Shown piece by piece: positions 53,784 through 62,955 of a stretch of DNA of 64,000 nucleotides; position 1 is the first letter of the stretch; the number at the start of each line of letters is the position of its first letter. The notes beneath the pieces are model-generated. The model did no database searches and was not told the origin of the DNA. It was given only the letters and a program-made list of their open reading frames with translations. This DNA is from Gemmatimonadaceae bacterium (GTDB lineage: Bacteria; Gemmatimonadota; Gemmatimonadetes; Gemmatimonadales; Gemmatimonadaceae). A program made the position numbers and the translations under genes. Location: contig JBAZTM010000008.1 of assembly GCA_041661925.1 (NCBI GenBank), positions 1,128 to 65,127 of the forward strand, given 5' to 3'.

Positions 53784-56576
53784 TTAGAAGCTGTATTGGA
53801 TACGCGACATAATCATGCGCCCGAGAGGCGCGCCGCCGACAAACTCGGCGTGCTTGGTGTTGAGCACGTTCTGCGCCATGACGGAGAGCATCGCCCCGCC
53901 CAGCACGTTCGGGCGGAAGTTGAACGACGCGTCATACAGATTGTACGCCCGCACCGGGCCGACGTACACGCCCGAGTTGCCCGGGAACGCCGCTGAGTGG
54001 CGGAACCGCGCCTCGGCGCCGAAGCCCCTCGAATCATCACGGTAGCGGATCGCCACGGTGCTCTTCTTGTGCGGCGCGTTGAGTGCGATGTCCGACACGC
54101 CACCGACGTCCTTGCGCGCGAAGAAGTCGCGGCTCACCCAGCTGTAGGTGCCGAAGAGCGACAGGCGCTCGCCGACGATGTAGTTTCCGCTGAAGTCCAC
54201 GCCGCTCAGCCGCACCCGGCCGAAGTTCCGGTAGGCGAGGACGATGTCCGTGCTGCCAGACAGCGGATTGTCGGGGTTGACGACGCCGAGCGGAACGCCC
54301 GTCGTGGCCGAACCCGACACACCGCCGAGACCGCCGGCGAGGGTCGGCGCCAGCTGGCCGGCCAGCGCGGTGGCCGTGGGACCGGCGGCGGGACCGAGGA
54401 CAGGCGTCAGCGCCGCCGTGAGGGCCGGCACCAGGTTAGGACCGATGAAGCCTGCCAGGGACGCGGCGTCGAGGAAGACATTGGGCGTTTCAACGATGAG
54501 CGGGCCCACGAAGTCCGTACGCTCCGAATACCACCAGTCCACCGTCCCGTAGAACTTCTTGCCAATCTCACCCTTCCAGCCGGCTTCCCAGCTGGTGGTC
54601 AGCGTCGGACGGATCTGGTCGATGTCGCGCACGTCACCGGCGAGAACGTCGGAGAAGCGCGCCGTCGTCGGGTTGAGCACGCGGAGCTTCGTGCTGACCT
54701 GGGCCGACGTGGGCTGGAGCGACGCCAGCGTGGACATCACAAGGTTGGAGAGTGCGCCGGCCGTCGCCGCGCCGAAGCTCGGCGTGAGGGCGGCCGTCAC
54801 CGCGCTGCCCATGCCGCCGGCCGCAGCGGCGGCCACGGCGCCCTTGTAGAACAGGGAGGCGTTGGCCGGCACAAACTGGCCCTTCCCGCCGGGATTGAAC
54901 GGGGACTTCATGCACAGGTTGCCGACGCCGCCCACGCAGTCGCGCCGGAAGTGGAACCCGTCGCTCGGCGTGCCAAGGGCGCGCACGGTATACAAGGAAT
55001 TCGTCGCGTTGGTGCCGCCGATGTAGCCGGCCGCCAAGTCGAGGAACTGGTTGTTCGTGGACGGGTTCGAGAAGCCGCGGTTGTACGACACGCGGAAGCT
55101 CTGCACGTCGTTGGGGTTGTACACGAGCGCGGCGCGCGGCGACCAGCTGCCATCCGCGAGCCGGCTGTGCTTGTCGTAGCGGATGGCGGCGACGGCCTGC
55201 CAGTACTTGTTCAGGTGCGTGATCGAGTGGAGGTAGCCGCCGACTTCGGTGAAGTTGTCATCGCCTTCATTGCGGCCGTTGATCGTGCCGCCCGTCACCG
55301 GGTTCGTCGCCAGGTAGTCGCCGCCGTACACGAATGTCTGCTTGTTGTCAGCTCCGAACGACATGCTGTGCTGCACCTGTCCGACCGTCTGGCTGGACTT
55401 GTCCACGATCGGCTGGCCGGTACGAAGCAGGAACGTGTCGCCGGCGTCGCTCTCGTTGCGGAAGACCTGTGCGAACAACCGGCCGCGCTTGGCGCGCAGC
55501 TGGTAGGCACGGAACTGCCAGTCCTTCACCTGGCCGGCGCCGAGGCCCGTCGGCTCGACGGCGCTGCCGATAAGCGCTCCGCCGATATTGGCCACGACTT
55601 CAGTCTTCTGGTCGGGGCGCCAGTCGGCGCGCAGGTCCATCGCGGTGCGCTCGATGTCAAAGACGCGCTGGCGGCCCGCCTTCAGCTCGACGCTGTCCAC
55701 GCTGGTGAAATCGGTGGCCGTGAGCCGCTCGGCCGAGAGCTTGTAGCCGAACTTCTGGCCCACCGTGCCGGCGTAGCGGCCGGAGAGGCGGCGCAGGTTC
55801 TGCTCGCCGACGTCCGCCGTGATGATGCCGCCCTTCGAGTTGAACGGCGACTTGGTGATGATGTGCATGACGCCCTGCGTCGCGTTGGGGCCGTACAGCG
55901 CCGCCGCGGGGCCGAGGACGACTTCGATGCGCTCGATGTCTTCGTTGCTCGTCGGCGCCATGTACGAGATGTTGACGCGAAGCGACGGGACGAAGTTGAA
56001 GCGGTTGTCCGTCAGCGTGAGCAGCGAGCCCGAGAAGATGTTGTTGAAGCCGCGCGCCACGACGTTGGTCTGCACCACGCCGCCGGCGGTGATGTCGATG
56101 CCGGGGACGTCGCGGAGCTGCTCGACCGGGGTCGCCGTGATCGTCTCGTTGATCTTCTCCTGGCTCAGCACGCTGATCGCGGCCGGCGCCTTGTTGAGCT
56201 TTTCCTCCTCCGCGATGCCGGTGACGGCGACGGTATTCAGCTGGGTCGGCATTTCGCTCAGCTTGAAGTCGACGGTCACCTGCGCGCTCGCCACGGCGAT
56301 GCCGTCCCGGCGGGTCGGCTTGAAGCCGATGCGGGTGACGCGGATGCCGTACGTCCCCGCCTTGAGATTGGCGAAGCGGTACGTCCCGTCCTCGGCTGTG
56401 CTCGTGACTCCCGCGGTGCGCAGGCCTTCAATGGCCTGGACCGTCGCTGAGGCGACTGCTGCGCCCGCTTCGTCGGTTACCTTGCCGACAATGCGTCCTT
56501 GCTGCGCCGCCGCGGTTCCCGCCACGGCAACGAAACCGATTGCCGCGAGCAACCTGCCGACGAATCGAACAACCAT
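53784..56576 (-). CDS. TonB-dependent outer-membrane receptor with an N-terminal carboxypeptidase-regulatory-like domain
   Basis: Signal peptide, a CarbopepD_reg block (GRIVGKVTDE...GTYRFANLKAGTYGIRV), plug and barrel, and a terminal ...IQYSF. The start is set at MVVRFVGRLL, with GAGGTG upstream. Confidence 0.9.
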   Translation of the reverse strand: MVVRFVGRLLAAIGFVAVAGTAAAQQGRIVGKVTDEAGAAVASATVQAIEGLRTAGVTSTAEDGTYRFANLKAGTYGIRVTRIGFKPTRRDGIAVASAQVTVDFKLSEMPTQLNTVAVTGIAEEEKLNKAPAAISVLSQEKINETITATPVEQLRDVPGIDITAGGVVQTNVVARGFNNIFSGSLLTLTDNRFNFVPSLRVNISYMAPTSNEDIERIEVVLGPAAALYGPNATQGVMHIITKSPFNSKGGIITADVGEQNLRRLSGRYAGTVGQKFGYKLSAERLTATDFTSVDSVELKAGRQRVFDIERTAMDLRADWRPDQKTEVVANIGGALIGSAVEPTGLGAGQVKDWQFRAYQLRAKRGRLFAQVFRNESDAGDTFLLRTGQPIVDKSSQTVGQVQHSMSFGADNKQTFVYGGDYLATNPVTGGTINGRNEGDDNFTEVGGYLHSITHLNKYWQAVAAIRYDKHSRLADGSWSPRAALVYNPNDVQSFRVSYNRGFSNPSTNNQFLDLAAGYIGGTNATNSLYTVRALGTPSDGFHFRRDCVGGVGNLCMKSPFNPGGKGQFVPANASLFYKGAVAAAAAGGMGSAVTAALTPSFGAATAGALSNLVMSTLASLQPTSAQVSTKLRVLNPTTARFSDVLAGDVRDIDQIRPTLTTSWEAGWKGEIGKKFYGTVDWWYSERTDFVGPLIVETPNVFLDAASLAGFIGPNLVPALTAALTPVLGPAAGPTATALAGQLAPTLAGGLGGVSGSATTGVPLGVVNPDNPLSGSTDIVLAYRNFGRVRLSGVDFSGNYIVGERLSLFGTYSWVSRDFFARKDVGGVSDIALNAPHKKSTVAIRYRDDSRGFGAEARFRHSAAFPGNSGVYVGPVRAYNLYDASFNFRPNVLGGAMLSVMAQNVLNTKHAEFVGGAPLGRMIMSRIQYSF

Positions 56577-56743
56577 AATGGCACCTCGTGGAGGGGAGTG
56601 TTGCGTCTCGCTCAAACAGTTCGCCGCCAGCGTAGGCGGAGGGAAAGCTGTACATCCAAGTCGGCTAAAACTTTGACACGTCACCGGCAAACGTCAATAA
56701 GGTAGCGACAGGATTTTTCGGGGGACGGGAACGCACTTTGACG

Positions 56744-56775
56744 AGCGAAAAGACGGCCCGGCAACAGCCGGGCCG
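56744..56775 (-). terminator. Rho-independent terminator of the NlpC/P60 gene
   Basis: CGGCCCGGC-4nt-GCCGGGCCG, followed on the minus strand by TCTTTTC. Confidence 0.7.
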
Positions 56776-56796
56776 CAGGGAAAAAGAACTGATCTG

Positions 56797-57366
56797 TTAT
56801 TGGGAGCCGCTTCGCGCTGTAGTGGAATCCCTGAGCACCCGACGCACGGTGCGGAGGTTCAGCGAGGAGCCCCTGGCGGGGACGCGGGTTTCCACGACGC
56901 GGCGCTGGCTCGTGCTGGCGTGAATCATCCGACCATCGCCGACATAGATCCCGATGTGCGAGATGCGCGTGCTGCGTCCGCGACCGAAGAGCAACAGGTC
57001 GCCGGGGCGCATGGTTGCCGAATCGGCGTCAACGCGCTCGCCTTCCTGCGCGATGCGAGCCGCGTTGTGCGGCAGCTCCACCCCAACGGACTTGAGGACG
57101 TACTTCACGAGGCCGCTGCAGTCGAAGCCTCGCTCAGGGGAGGAAGCGGCAAATCGGTAGCGTCGTCCCAACTGCTCACGAGCCCGCTGGACGACGGAAT
57201 CGGCGGCCGCGGATCCTCGCTTGGCAAACGGCCCGTCCGGATTGGCGCCGCGAGCGAGCAGGGCCGCGAGCGGACCGGCGCCATCCTGCGCCACCACCGG
57301 AAGGGCGGTGGCGCCAACGAAGCCGAGGGCGAGGAGGAGGCGGATCGTGAAGGTCATGAGGACCAC
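56797..57366 (-). CDS. C40 (NlpC/P60) peptidoglycan endopeptidase
   Basis: Signal peptide. FDCSGLV (catalytic Cys) and ISHIGIYVGDGRMIHAS. Confidence 0.85.
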   Translation of the reverse strand: MVLMTFTIRLLLALGFVGATALPVVAQDGAGPLAALLARGANPDGPFAKRGSAAADSVVQRAREQLGRRYRFAASSPERGFDCSGLVKYVLKSVGVELPHNAARIAQEGERVDADSATMRPGDLLLFGRGRSTRISHIGIYVGDGRMIHASTSQRRVVETRVPARGSSLNLRTVRRVLRDSTTARSGSQ

Positions 57367-57448
57367 CGCAAGTTAGCCCGCCACACGGAGGTGCGAAACC
57401 GTTCGGACGACTCCGGGGGAAGCATGGCGACGTCGACTCTGCCGAGCC

Positions 57449-57802
57449 TCAGCCGCGATAGACGACGCCTGACGCGCCGGACTCGGTGATCTCCACGGCG
57501 CTCAGTCCGGGGAGCTGGCCCACGAGGTGGTCCCAGATCCAGAGTGCCAGTCGCTCACTGGTCGGGTTCTCGAGGCCCGGAATATCGTTGAGGAAGCGGT
57601 GATCGAGTGCGTCGTGCACTGGGGCGAAGGCGCGCTGCACGTCCGCGAAGTCGGCCACGAACCCGGTGACCGAATCCACTGGCCCCGACACCGTCAGCCG
57701 AACGCGAAACGTGTGCCCGTGCACGCGCGCGCACGGGTGATCCGCCGGAACGCCAGTGAGGCGGCGGCCGGCGGCGATGGAGAACTCGCAGAATGCGTCC
57801 AT
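57449..57802 (-). CDS. queD: 6-carboxy-5,6,7,8-tetrahydropterin synthase
   Basis: HPCARVHGHTFRV ... FLND ... PTSERLALWIW. 117 aa from MDAFCEF. Confidence 0.9.
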   Translation of the reverse strand: MDAFCEFSIAAGRRLTGVPADHPCARVHGHTFRVRLTVSGPVDSVTGFVADFADVQRAFAPVHDALDHRFLNDIPGLENPTSERLALWIWDHLVGQLPGLSAVEITESGASGVVYRG

Positions 57803-57805
57803 TCG

Positions 57806-57868
57806 CGGTGCGGGGGAGGGGAACAGGGTGTGGTGCAGGGGGAGGGTACAGGGTGCGGTGAAGGGAAA
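57806..57868 (+). repeat. G-rich dispersed repeat filling the queE-queD spacer
   Basis: GGGGAACAGGGTGTGGTGCAGGGGGAGGGTACAGGGTGCGGTGAAGGG. Confidence 0.7.
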
Positions 57869-57876
57869 GAGGAGGA

Positions 57877-58518
57877 TTACCTCAATCCAAGCACCTTGTG
57901 TGTCTGAAGACTCAGGCGCCACTGCGGATGGGCGAGGCAGTACGCCACGGCGGCGTTCGTGTTCGCTTGGCGCTCCGGGCCGTCCATCGGCTGCAGCAAG
58001 AAGTTGCCGAAGGCGAGATGTCCGAAGTGCTCGGGCTCAGCGCCGGGCTGCGGATAGACGAGCTTGAGCTCATCGCCGCCCTGAATCTCCAACGGCGCGC
58101 CCGCCTTGGGACTGACGCACACCCAGTCCAGGCCGCGGGGCGCAGGCAGCGTGCCGTTGGTTTCCACCGCCACGGTGAAGCCGAGCTGATGCATGGCATC
58201 AATCGCCGCCTCGTCGAGCTGCAGCAGCGGCTCGCCCCCCGTGCACACCACAAATCGCGTCCCGGCCTTCTCGTCCGCCATCGGCCAGCGCTTGGCCACC
58301 GCTTCGGCGAGCTCCGCCGCCGTGACGAAACGGCCGCCGTCGGGGCCAATGCCGAAGAAGTCGGTGTCGCAGAACTTGCACATCGCGCTCGCGCGATCCT
58401 CCTCGCGTCCCGTCCACAGGTTGCACCCCGCGAACCGGCAGAACACGGCAGGGCGGCCGGCGTGAACGCCCTCGCCCTGCAGCGTGAAGAAAATCTCTTT
58501 GACGGAGTAGTAGGGCAC
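57877..58518 (-). CDS. queE: 7-carboxy-7-deazaguanine synthase (radical SAM)
   Basis: YSVKEIFFTLQGEGVHAGRPAVFCRFAGCNLWTGREEDRASAMCKFCDTDF, as in Burkholderia-type QueE. A GTG start at 58518 is inferred from alignment to the family N-terminus. Confidence 0.85.
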   Translation of the reverse strand: MPYYSVKEIFFTLQGEGVHAGRPAVFCRFAGCNLWTGREEDRASAMCKFCDTDFFGIGPDGGRFVTAAELAEAVAKRWPMADEKAGTRFVVCTGGEPLLQLDEAAIDAMHQLGFTVAVETNGTLPAPRGLDWVCVSPKAGAPLEIQGGDELKLVYPQPGAEPEHFGHLAFGNFLLQPMDGPERQANTNAAVAYCLAHPQWRLSLQTHKVLGLR

Positions 58519-58520
58519 TC

Positions 58521-58604
58521 GAGACGGGAGACGGGAGACGGGAGACGGGAGACGGGAGACTGGAGACGGGAGACTGGAGACGGGAGCTGCGAAGCGGGAG
58601 ACGA
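58521..58604. repeat. Heptanucleotide tandem repeat (GAGACGG)n: 9 good and 3 degenerate copies
   Basis: Counted directly: GAGACGG x5, GAGACTG, GAGACGG, GAGACTG, GAGACGG, GAGCTGC, GAAGCGG, GAGACGA. The array fills the queC-queE spacer and ends 2 nt from the queE start. Confidence 0.95.
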
Positions 58605-58615
58605 CTGACCAGCGC

Positions 58616-59341
58616 CTATCGAGCAGACTGATATTTCGCCGGGTCCGCAAGTCCGGCCTGCTCGAAGCCCCGCAGGCGCAGCTGGCAGGCGTCACAATGG
58701 CCGCACGCCGCACCTTCGGCTGACGGGTCGTAACAGCTCGTGGTCATGCCGTAATCCACGCCCAGCGACTGCCCGAGCTGGATAATCTCGCGCTTGGTCA
58801 TCTGCATCAGCGGCGTGTGCACGGTGAGTCGCGTGGTGCCCTCCACGCCCGTGCGCGTGGCGAGGTTCGCCAGCCGTTCGAAGGCCTCGATGAAAGCGGG
58901 GCGGCAATCAGGGTAGCCGCTGTAGTCGAGCGCGTTGACGCCGAGGAACACGTCCTGTGCGCCGAGCACCTCGGCCCACGCCATCGCGAACGAGAGGAAG
59001 ATCGTGTTGCGAGCCGGCACATAGGTGACGGGAATGCCGGACGCCATGGTGGCTGCGTCTCGATCCTTGGGTACGTCAATGTCGCCGGTCAGTGCCGATC
59101 CGCCGAACTGCCTGAGGTCGATGTCGCAGACCACGTGCTGTGTCACGTTGAAGCGCGCGGCCAGCGCGCGTGCGCGCTCGAGCTCGATCTGGTGCCGTTG
59201 TCCGTAACGGAACGACAGTGCGTGCACGGCGTACCCCGCACGCGTCGCCCAGGCCAGCACGGTGGCCGAATCGAGCCCGCCGCTGAGCAGCAGCACGGCG
59301 CGCGTGCCCGGCGCCACCGAAGGATCAGCGGAGTGCGTCAC
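58616..59341 (-). CDS. queC: 7-cyano-7-deazaguanine (preQ0) synthase
   Basis: LLLSGGLDS (PP-loop) and a C-terminal Zn cluster (C..CGHCDAC). GTG 59341 overlaps the aguA stop (GTGA). Confidence 0.9.
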   Translation of the reverse strand: MTHSADPSVAPGTRAVLLLSGGLDSATVLAWATRAGYAVHALSFRYGQRHQIELERARALAARFNVTQHVVCDIDLRQFGGSALTGDIDVPKDRDAATMASGIPVTYVPARNTIFLSFAMAWAEVLGAQDVFLGVNALDYSGYPDCRPAFIEAFERLANLATRTGVEGTTRLTVHTPLMQMTKREIIQLGQSLGVDYGMTTSCYDPSAEGAACGHCDACQLRLRGFEQAGLADPAKYQSAR

Positions 59342-60372
59342 CGGGCCGGCTGCTGCTGCGTGAGGCAGTGCAGTGTGCCGAGTCCCCACACCAGATCCAG
59401 CGCGTGGATGCCGACGACGGGGCGGTCGGGGACCAACTCCGCGAGCGCGTTGAGCGCCACGCGATCGTTTGCGTCGTTGAAGGTCGGCACGAGCACCGCG
59501 CCGTTGGCGATGTAGAAGTTCGCGTAGCTCGCCGGCAGACGCTGCCCGTCCATCATCACCGTGCGCGGATAGGGCAGCGGGACGACGCGCAGGGACTCGC
59601 CGCGAGCGTCGCGCGCCGCGCGCAGGCGCCGCAGGTTGTCGAGCGACCGGGCATGATTCTCGTCGGCAGGGTCCTGCTCGTGGGCGAGCACCACCACGCC
59701 GGGGGCCACCCAGCGCGCGATGTCGTCCACGTGCCCGTGCGTGTCGTCGCCGACGCACCCCTCGCCCAGCCAGATCGTGGTCGAACAGCCCAGCTCGTCG
59801 GCAAAGATCCGCTCGTAGTCGGCGCGGCCAAGGCCCGGATTTCGCACCTGCACACCGGAGAGGAGCCACTCCTCGGTCACCATGATGGTGCCGCACCCGT
59901 CGGTCTCGATGCCGCCGCCCTCGAGCACGAGAGGGACATTGCCATTGGGGCGCATCGGCACCCGCCGCGGGCGGCGCGTCACGTCCGCCACGAACTCACC
60001 GATCGTGGCGTCGAGCGAGTAGTTCTCGTACTTCGCCCACGCGTTGAATGCCCAGTCGCACCACGCGAGCGTGCCATCGGCGCCGATGACGCCTGTGGGC
60101 GCGCTGTCGCGCAGCCAGACGCGGTCCGTCGGCTTCAGGTGCAGCCTGACGCCACCCGAAACGTGGTGCGCCGCGAGGCACGCTTCGGCGTCCTCCAGGA
60201 CTGTCTGGTCATGGCAGAGGATCTCCACCTGTTCCGACTGGGCGAGCACGCGCGCGATCTCCGCGTAGACCCACGGGATCGGCTCGAACTTGCCGGGCCA
60301 GTCGGGCTCGTAATGCGGCCACGCGATCCACGTGGCGTCGTGGGCTTCCCACTCGGCGGGGAATCGGGGCAT
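59338..60372 (-). CDS. aguA: Agmatine deiminase
   Basis: [20 protein letters not shown]..., and a C-terminal GTLHCLTQQ with the catalytic Cys. Confidence 0.9.
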   Translation of the reverse strand: MPRFPAEWEAHDATWIAWPHYEPDWPGKFEPIPWVYAEIARVLAQSEQVEILCHDQTVLEDAEACLAAHHVSGGVRLHLKPTDRVWLRDSAPTGVIGADGTLAWCDWAFNAWAKYENYSLDATIGEFVADVTRRPRRVPMRPNGNVPLVLEGGGIETDGCGTIMVTEEWLLSGVQVRNPGLGRADYERIFADELGCSTTIWLGEGCVGDDTHGHVDDIARWVAPGVVVLAHEQDPADENHARSLDNLRRLRAARDARGESLRVVPLPYPRTVMMDGQRLPASYANFYIANGAVLVPTFNDANDRVALNALAELVPDRPVVGIHALDLVWGLGTLHCLTQQQPAR

Positions 60373-60374
60373 CG

Positions 60375-61334
60375 TCAGGCGTCCCGCGGACCGATCCAGC
60401 GGTTCAGGATCGGGCCGTACGCGTCAACGCGCCGGTCGCGCAGGAACGGCCAATTACGGCGGGTCTCCTCGACGCGGCGCGGATCGCACGTGGCGAGCAG
60501 GATGGTCTCGTCCGTGCCCGCCTCGGCGAGCGCTCGGCCGAACGGATCGTACACGAATGAGTGCCCGAAGAACTCGATGCCGTCGGTGCCGTTCTCCGCC
60601 TCGAAGCCAGTGCGGTTGGCCGCCGCGACGAAGACCCCGTTGGCGATGGCGTGCGCGCGCTGCGCGGTGCGCCAGGCTTCCACCTGCGCCTCGCCCCACT
60701 CTGCCTTCTCCGCCGGATGCCAGCCGATGGCGGTCGGATAGAACAGGATGTCGGCGCCGAGCAGCGACGTGATGCGCGCCGCCTCGGGATACCACTGGTC
60801 CCAGCAGATCAGCACGCCGATGGTGGCGTAGCGGGTCTTCCAGACCATAAAGCCGCCCGCTTCGCCGGCCGGGCCGCGCGCACCTGCGGGTTGCACGGGG
60901 TCGTGCGACTCCCCCGGCGCGAAGTAGTACTTCTCCTCGAAGAGCGGGTCGTGCGGAATGTGCATCTTGCGATAGACGCCCTGCACCGTGCCGTCGGCGT
61001 CAATGATGACGGCCGAGTTGCGGTAGACGCCCGGCGCCTGGCGTTCGTAGATCGGCGCAACCAGCACCACCTCGAGTTCCGCCGCCAGCGCGCTCAGCCG
61101 CTGCACTGTGGGGCCGGGCACCGGTTCGGCGAGGTCGAACCGCTCCAGATCGAGCTTCTTGCAGAAATACGGCGCGTCGAAGAGCTCCTTGAGGCAGATC
61201 ACCTGCGCGCCGCGCGCCTGGGCGGCGCGAATGCTGGCGATCGTGCGATCGAGCGTCTCCGCCTTGGAGGACGCGACGCCGTCCTGGATGAGGGCGACGG
61301 TGAACGGGGCGGCAGGCATGCGGGCCAATTTCAC
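60375..61334 (-). CDS. aguB: N-carbamoylputrescine amidase (nitrilase superfamily)
   Basis: E-K-C triad context (LKELF, YRKMHIP, ICWDQWYPE). Adjacent to aguA. Confidence 0.9.
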   Translation of the reverse strand: MKLARMPAAPFTVALIQDGVASSKAETLDRTIASIRAAQARGAQVICLKELFDAPYFCKKLDLERFDLAEPVPGPTVQRLSALAAELEVVLVAPIYERQAPGVYRNSAVIIDADGTVQGVYRKMHIPHDPLFEEKYYFAPGESHDPVQPAGARGPAGEAGGFMVWKTRYATIGVLICWDQWYPEAARITSLLGADILFYPTAIGWHPAEKAEWGEAQVEAWRTAQRAHAIANGVFVAAANRTGFEAENGTDGIEFFGHSFVYDPFGRALAEAGTDETILLATCDPRRVEETRRNWPFLRDRRVDAYGPILNRWIGPRDA

Positions 61335-61395
61335 CTGACACGGGAGAGAGCGCTACTGATTGAGGAACTTCCAGATCCTCAGTCGCTTCGCTCAG

Positions 61396-62739
61396 CTACA
61401 TCCGCACCGCGATGACCACGTCGCCGACGTTGGTGCCGGTGAGGCCGGTCTTGAGCAGCGCACCGGACCGGTGCAGCGCCTCGTAGCTGTCGTGCTGGCG
61501 CAGGGCGGCGGTCGGGTCGAGGCCGGCTTCCATGATGCGCGCGGCGGTGGCGGCGTCGACGATCGCCCCGGCGGCGTCCGTAGGTCCATCGCGTCCGTCG
61601 GTGCCGGCCGCCAGCAGCGTGATGCCGCTCGCGCCGGGGCCGGCCTCGGCGAGTTCCAACGCCGCGGAGAGCATCATCTCCTGGCAGCGTCCGCCGGCGC
61701 TCCGAACGGCGCCCATCGTGACGGTAGTCTCGCCCCCCCAGAAGGCCACGCCGCCGCGCGGCAGCGCCATCGCTGCCGACGCGATGCGCACGCCGGCATG
61801 GAGAGCCTCGCCGTGGAGCGGTTCATTGACGATGACCACCGGGTCGAAACCCAGCACACGCGCCCGCAGCGCACCCGCGTCGAGCACCCCGCCGTTGCCC
61901 TGCACGGCGGGAACGCCGGAGAACAGGAATGCGGGCGAATCGGACTTGGGCGTCTCGGGACGCTCGTTGCGCATTACCTCGTCGAGGTAGCGGAGCATCG
62001 CAGCCGGCGTCCGGTCCAGCATCTGGGTCTCGTCGAGCAGGAGCCGCACGTCCACTGCCGTCGAGGCGTCCGGCACGCACGGTCCCGACGCGATGTGGGC
62101 AAGGTTGTCTCCGATGACGTCCGACAGGACGATCTGTTCGACACGGGCCGGCGCGAGTGCCATCGCGAGGCGCCCCGCGCCCCAGCGCAGGAAGCGCTTG
62201 CGAATGGCGTTGACGCGGCCGATGTCGAGGCCGGAGCGCAGTAATTCGTCGCTCAGCGTCGTCAGGTGGTCCTGCGCGTCAATGCCGTCGACGGGGGCGG
62301 CCACCAGGCTTGTGGCGCCGCCGGAGAGCAGGACGAAGACCCGGTCGCCGCCGGGTACGCGATCGCACAGGTCGCCAAGGGCGCGGGCGGCGGCGAGCGA
62401 CTGTTCGCCAGGGATCGGATGGTCCCCAGCCGCCACGGCGATTGCCGGATGGGGCGTATCCGCGATGCTTGGACCGACCACCAGACCGCCGGCGATCGTG
62501 CTGTTGCGCTCACGCAGTTCGTGCACCGCCGCTCGCGCCATTGTGTGCGCGGCCTTGCCGAGGGCAATGACCCACGTGGGCCGGTTCTGGGCCCGATCGT
62601 TTGGAAGGCGAAGCCGGACGGCGCGCGCCGTGAATGACGTCGGGTCGGCGGCGATCAACGAGGCGGCAAACAGGTCGCGGACCGTGACCGCGCCCGAGCG
62701 AATGGACGGGATGGATGAGCGATGTGTCGAAGTCTGCAT
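61396..62739 (-). CDS. Glycerate 2-kinase / hydroxypyruvate reductase-like protein (DUF4147 + MOFRL)
   Basis: GKAAHTMA, LLSGGATSL, and a C-terminal MOFRL block (LLAAGTDGRDGPTDAAGAIVD...TGTNVGD). Confidence 0.8.
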   Translation of the reverse strand: MQTSTHRSSIPSIRSGAVTVRDLFAASLIAADPTSFTARAVRLRLPNDRAQNRPTWVIALGKAAHTMARAAVHELRERNSTIAGGLVVGPSIADTPHPAIAVAAGDHPIPGEQSLAAARALGDLCDRVPGGDRVFVLLSGGATSLVAAPVDGIDAQDHLTTLSDELLRSGLDIGRVNAIRKRFLRWGAGRLAMALAPARVEQIVLSDVIGDNLAHIASGPCVPDASTAVDVRLLLDETQMLDRTPAAMLRYLDEVMRNERPETPKSDSPAFLFSGVPAVQGNGGVLDAGALRARVLGFDPVVIVNEPLHGEALHAGVRIASAAMALPRGGVAFWGGETTVTMGAVRSAGGRCQEMMLSAALELAEAGPGASGITLLAAGTDGRDGPTDAAGAIVDAATAARIMEAGLDPTAALRQHDSYEALHRSGALLKTGLTGTNVGDVVIAVRM

Positions 62740-62859
62740 CTCGTCACTAATGACGGTAAAGAAGCGGCGGTTCCCGGCTCCTCGGCGTTGGAGTCGGCTT
62801 CGTGGGACGCTGTGCACAGTCACCCCGTGCCGTCAGAACCCCGTCACTGCGCTGTGCAA

Positions 62860-62897
62860 CCGGGGGCGGCAAGCGCCGATGCGCCTGCCGCCCCCGG
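62860..62897 (-). terminator. Strong hairpin downstream of the peroxiredoxin gene
   Basis: CCGGGGGCGGCA-14nt-TGCCGCCCCCGG, a 12-bp perfect stem with no clear U-tract. Confidence 0.5.
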
Positions 62898-62955
62898 GGT
62901 TGACGTTCGTCTGACGAGGACAAGATGTCCCGTTGCCAGACCCGCGTGCCGTCGA

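Noticed and set aside
56577-56743. Possible riboswitch (for example cobalamin) or Fur-type operator in the leader of the TonB-dependent receptor. An imperfect palindrome, TTGACGT...ACGTGTCAA, is present on the minus strand.
   Set aside because: I could not recognise a B12-box or any conserved riboswitch core. The palindrome is short and imperfect, which is insufficient evidence for a feature call.
58521-58604. Possible CRISPR array, because of the regularly repeated sequence.
   Set aside because: The unit is only 7 nt with no spacers, and there are no cas genes. It is a microsatellite.
59342-59896. Long N-terminal extension of queC (426-aa ORF 58616..59896).
   Set aside because: It overlaps aguA in a different frame and is R/A/P-rich. 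QueC homology begins at the PP-loop region, and GTG 59341 gives a normal length of about 240 aa.
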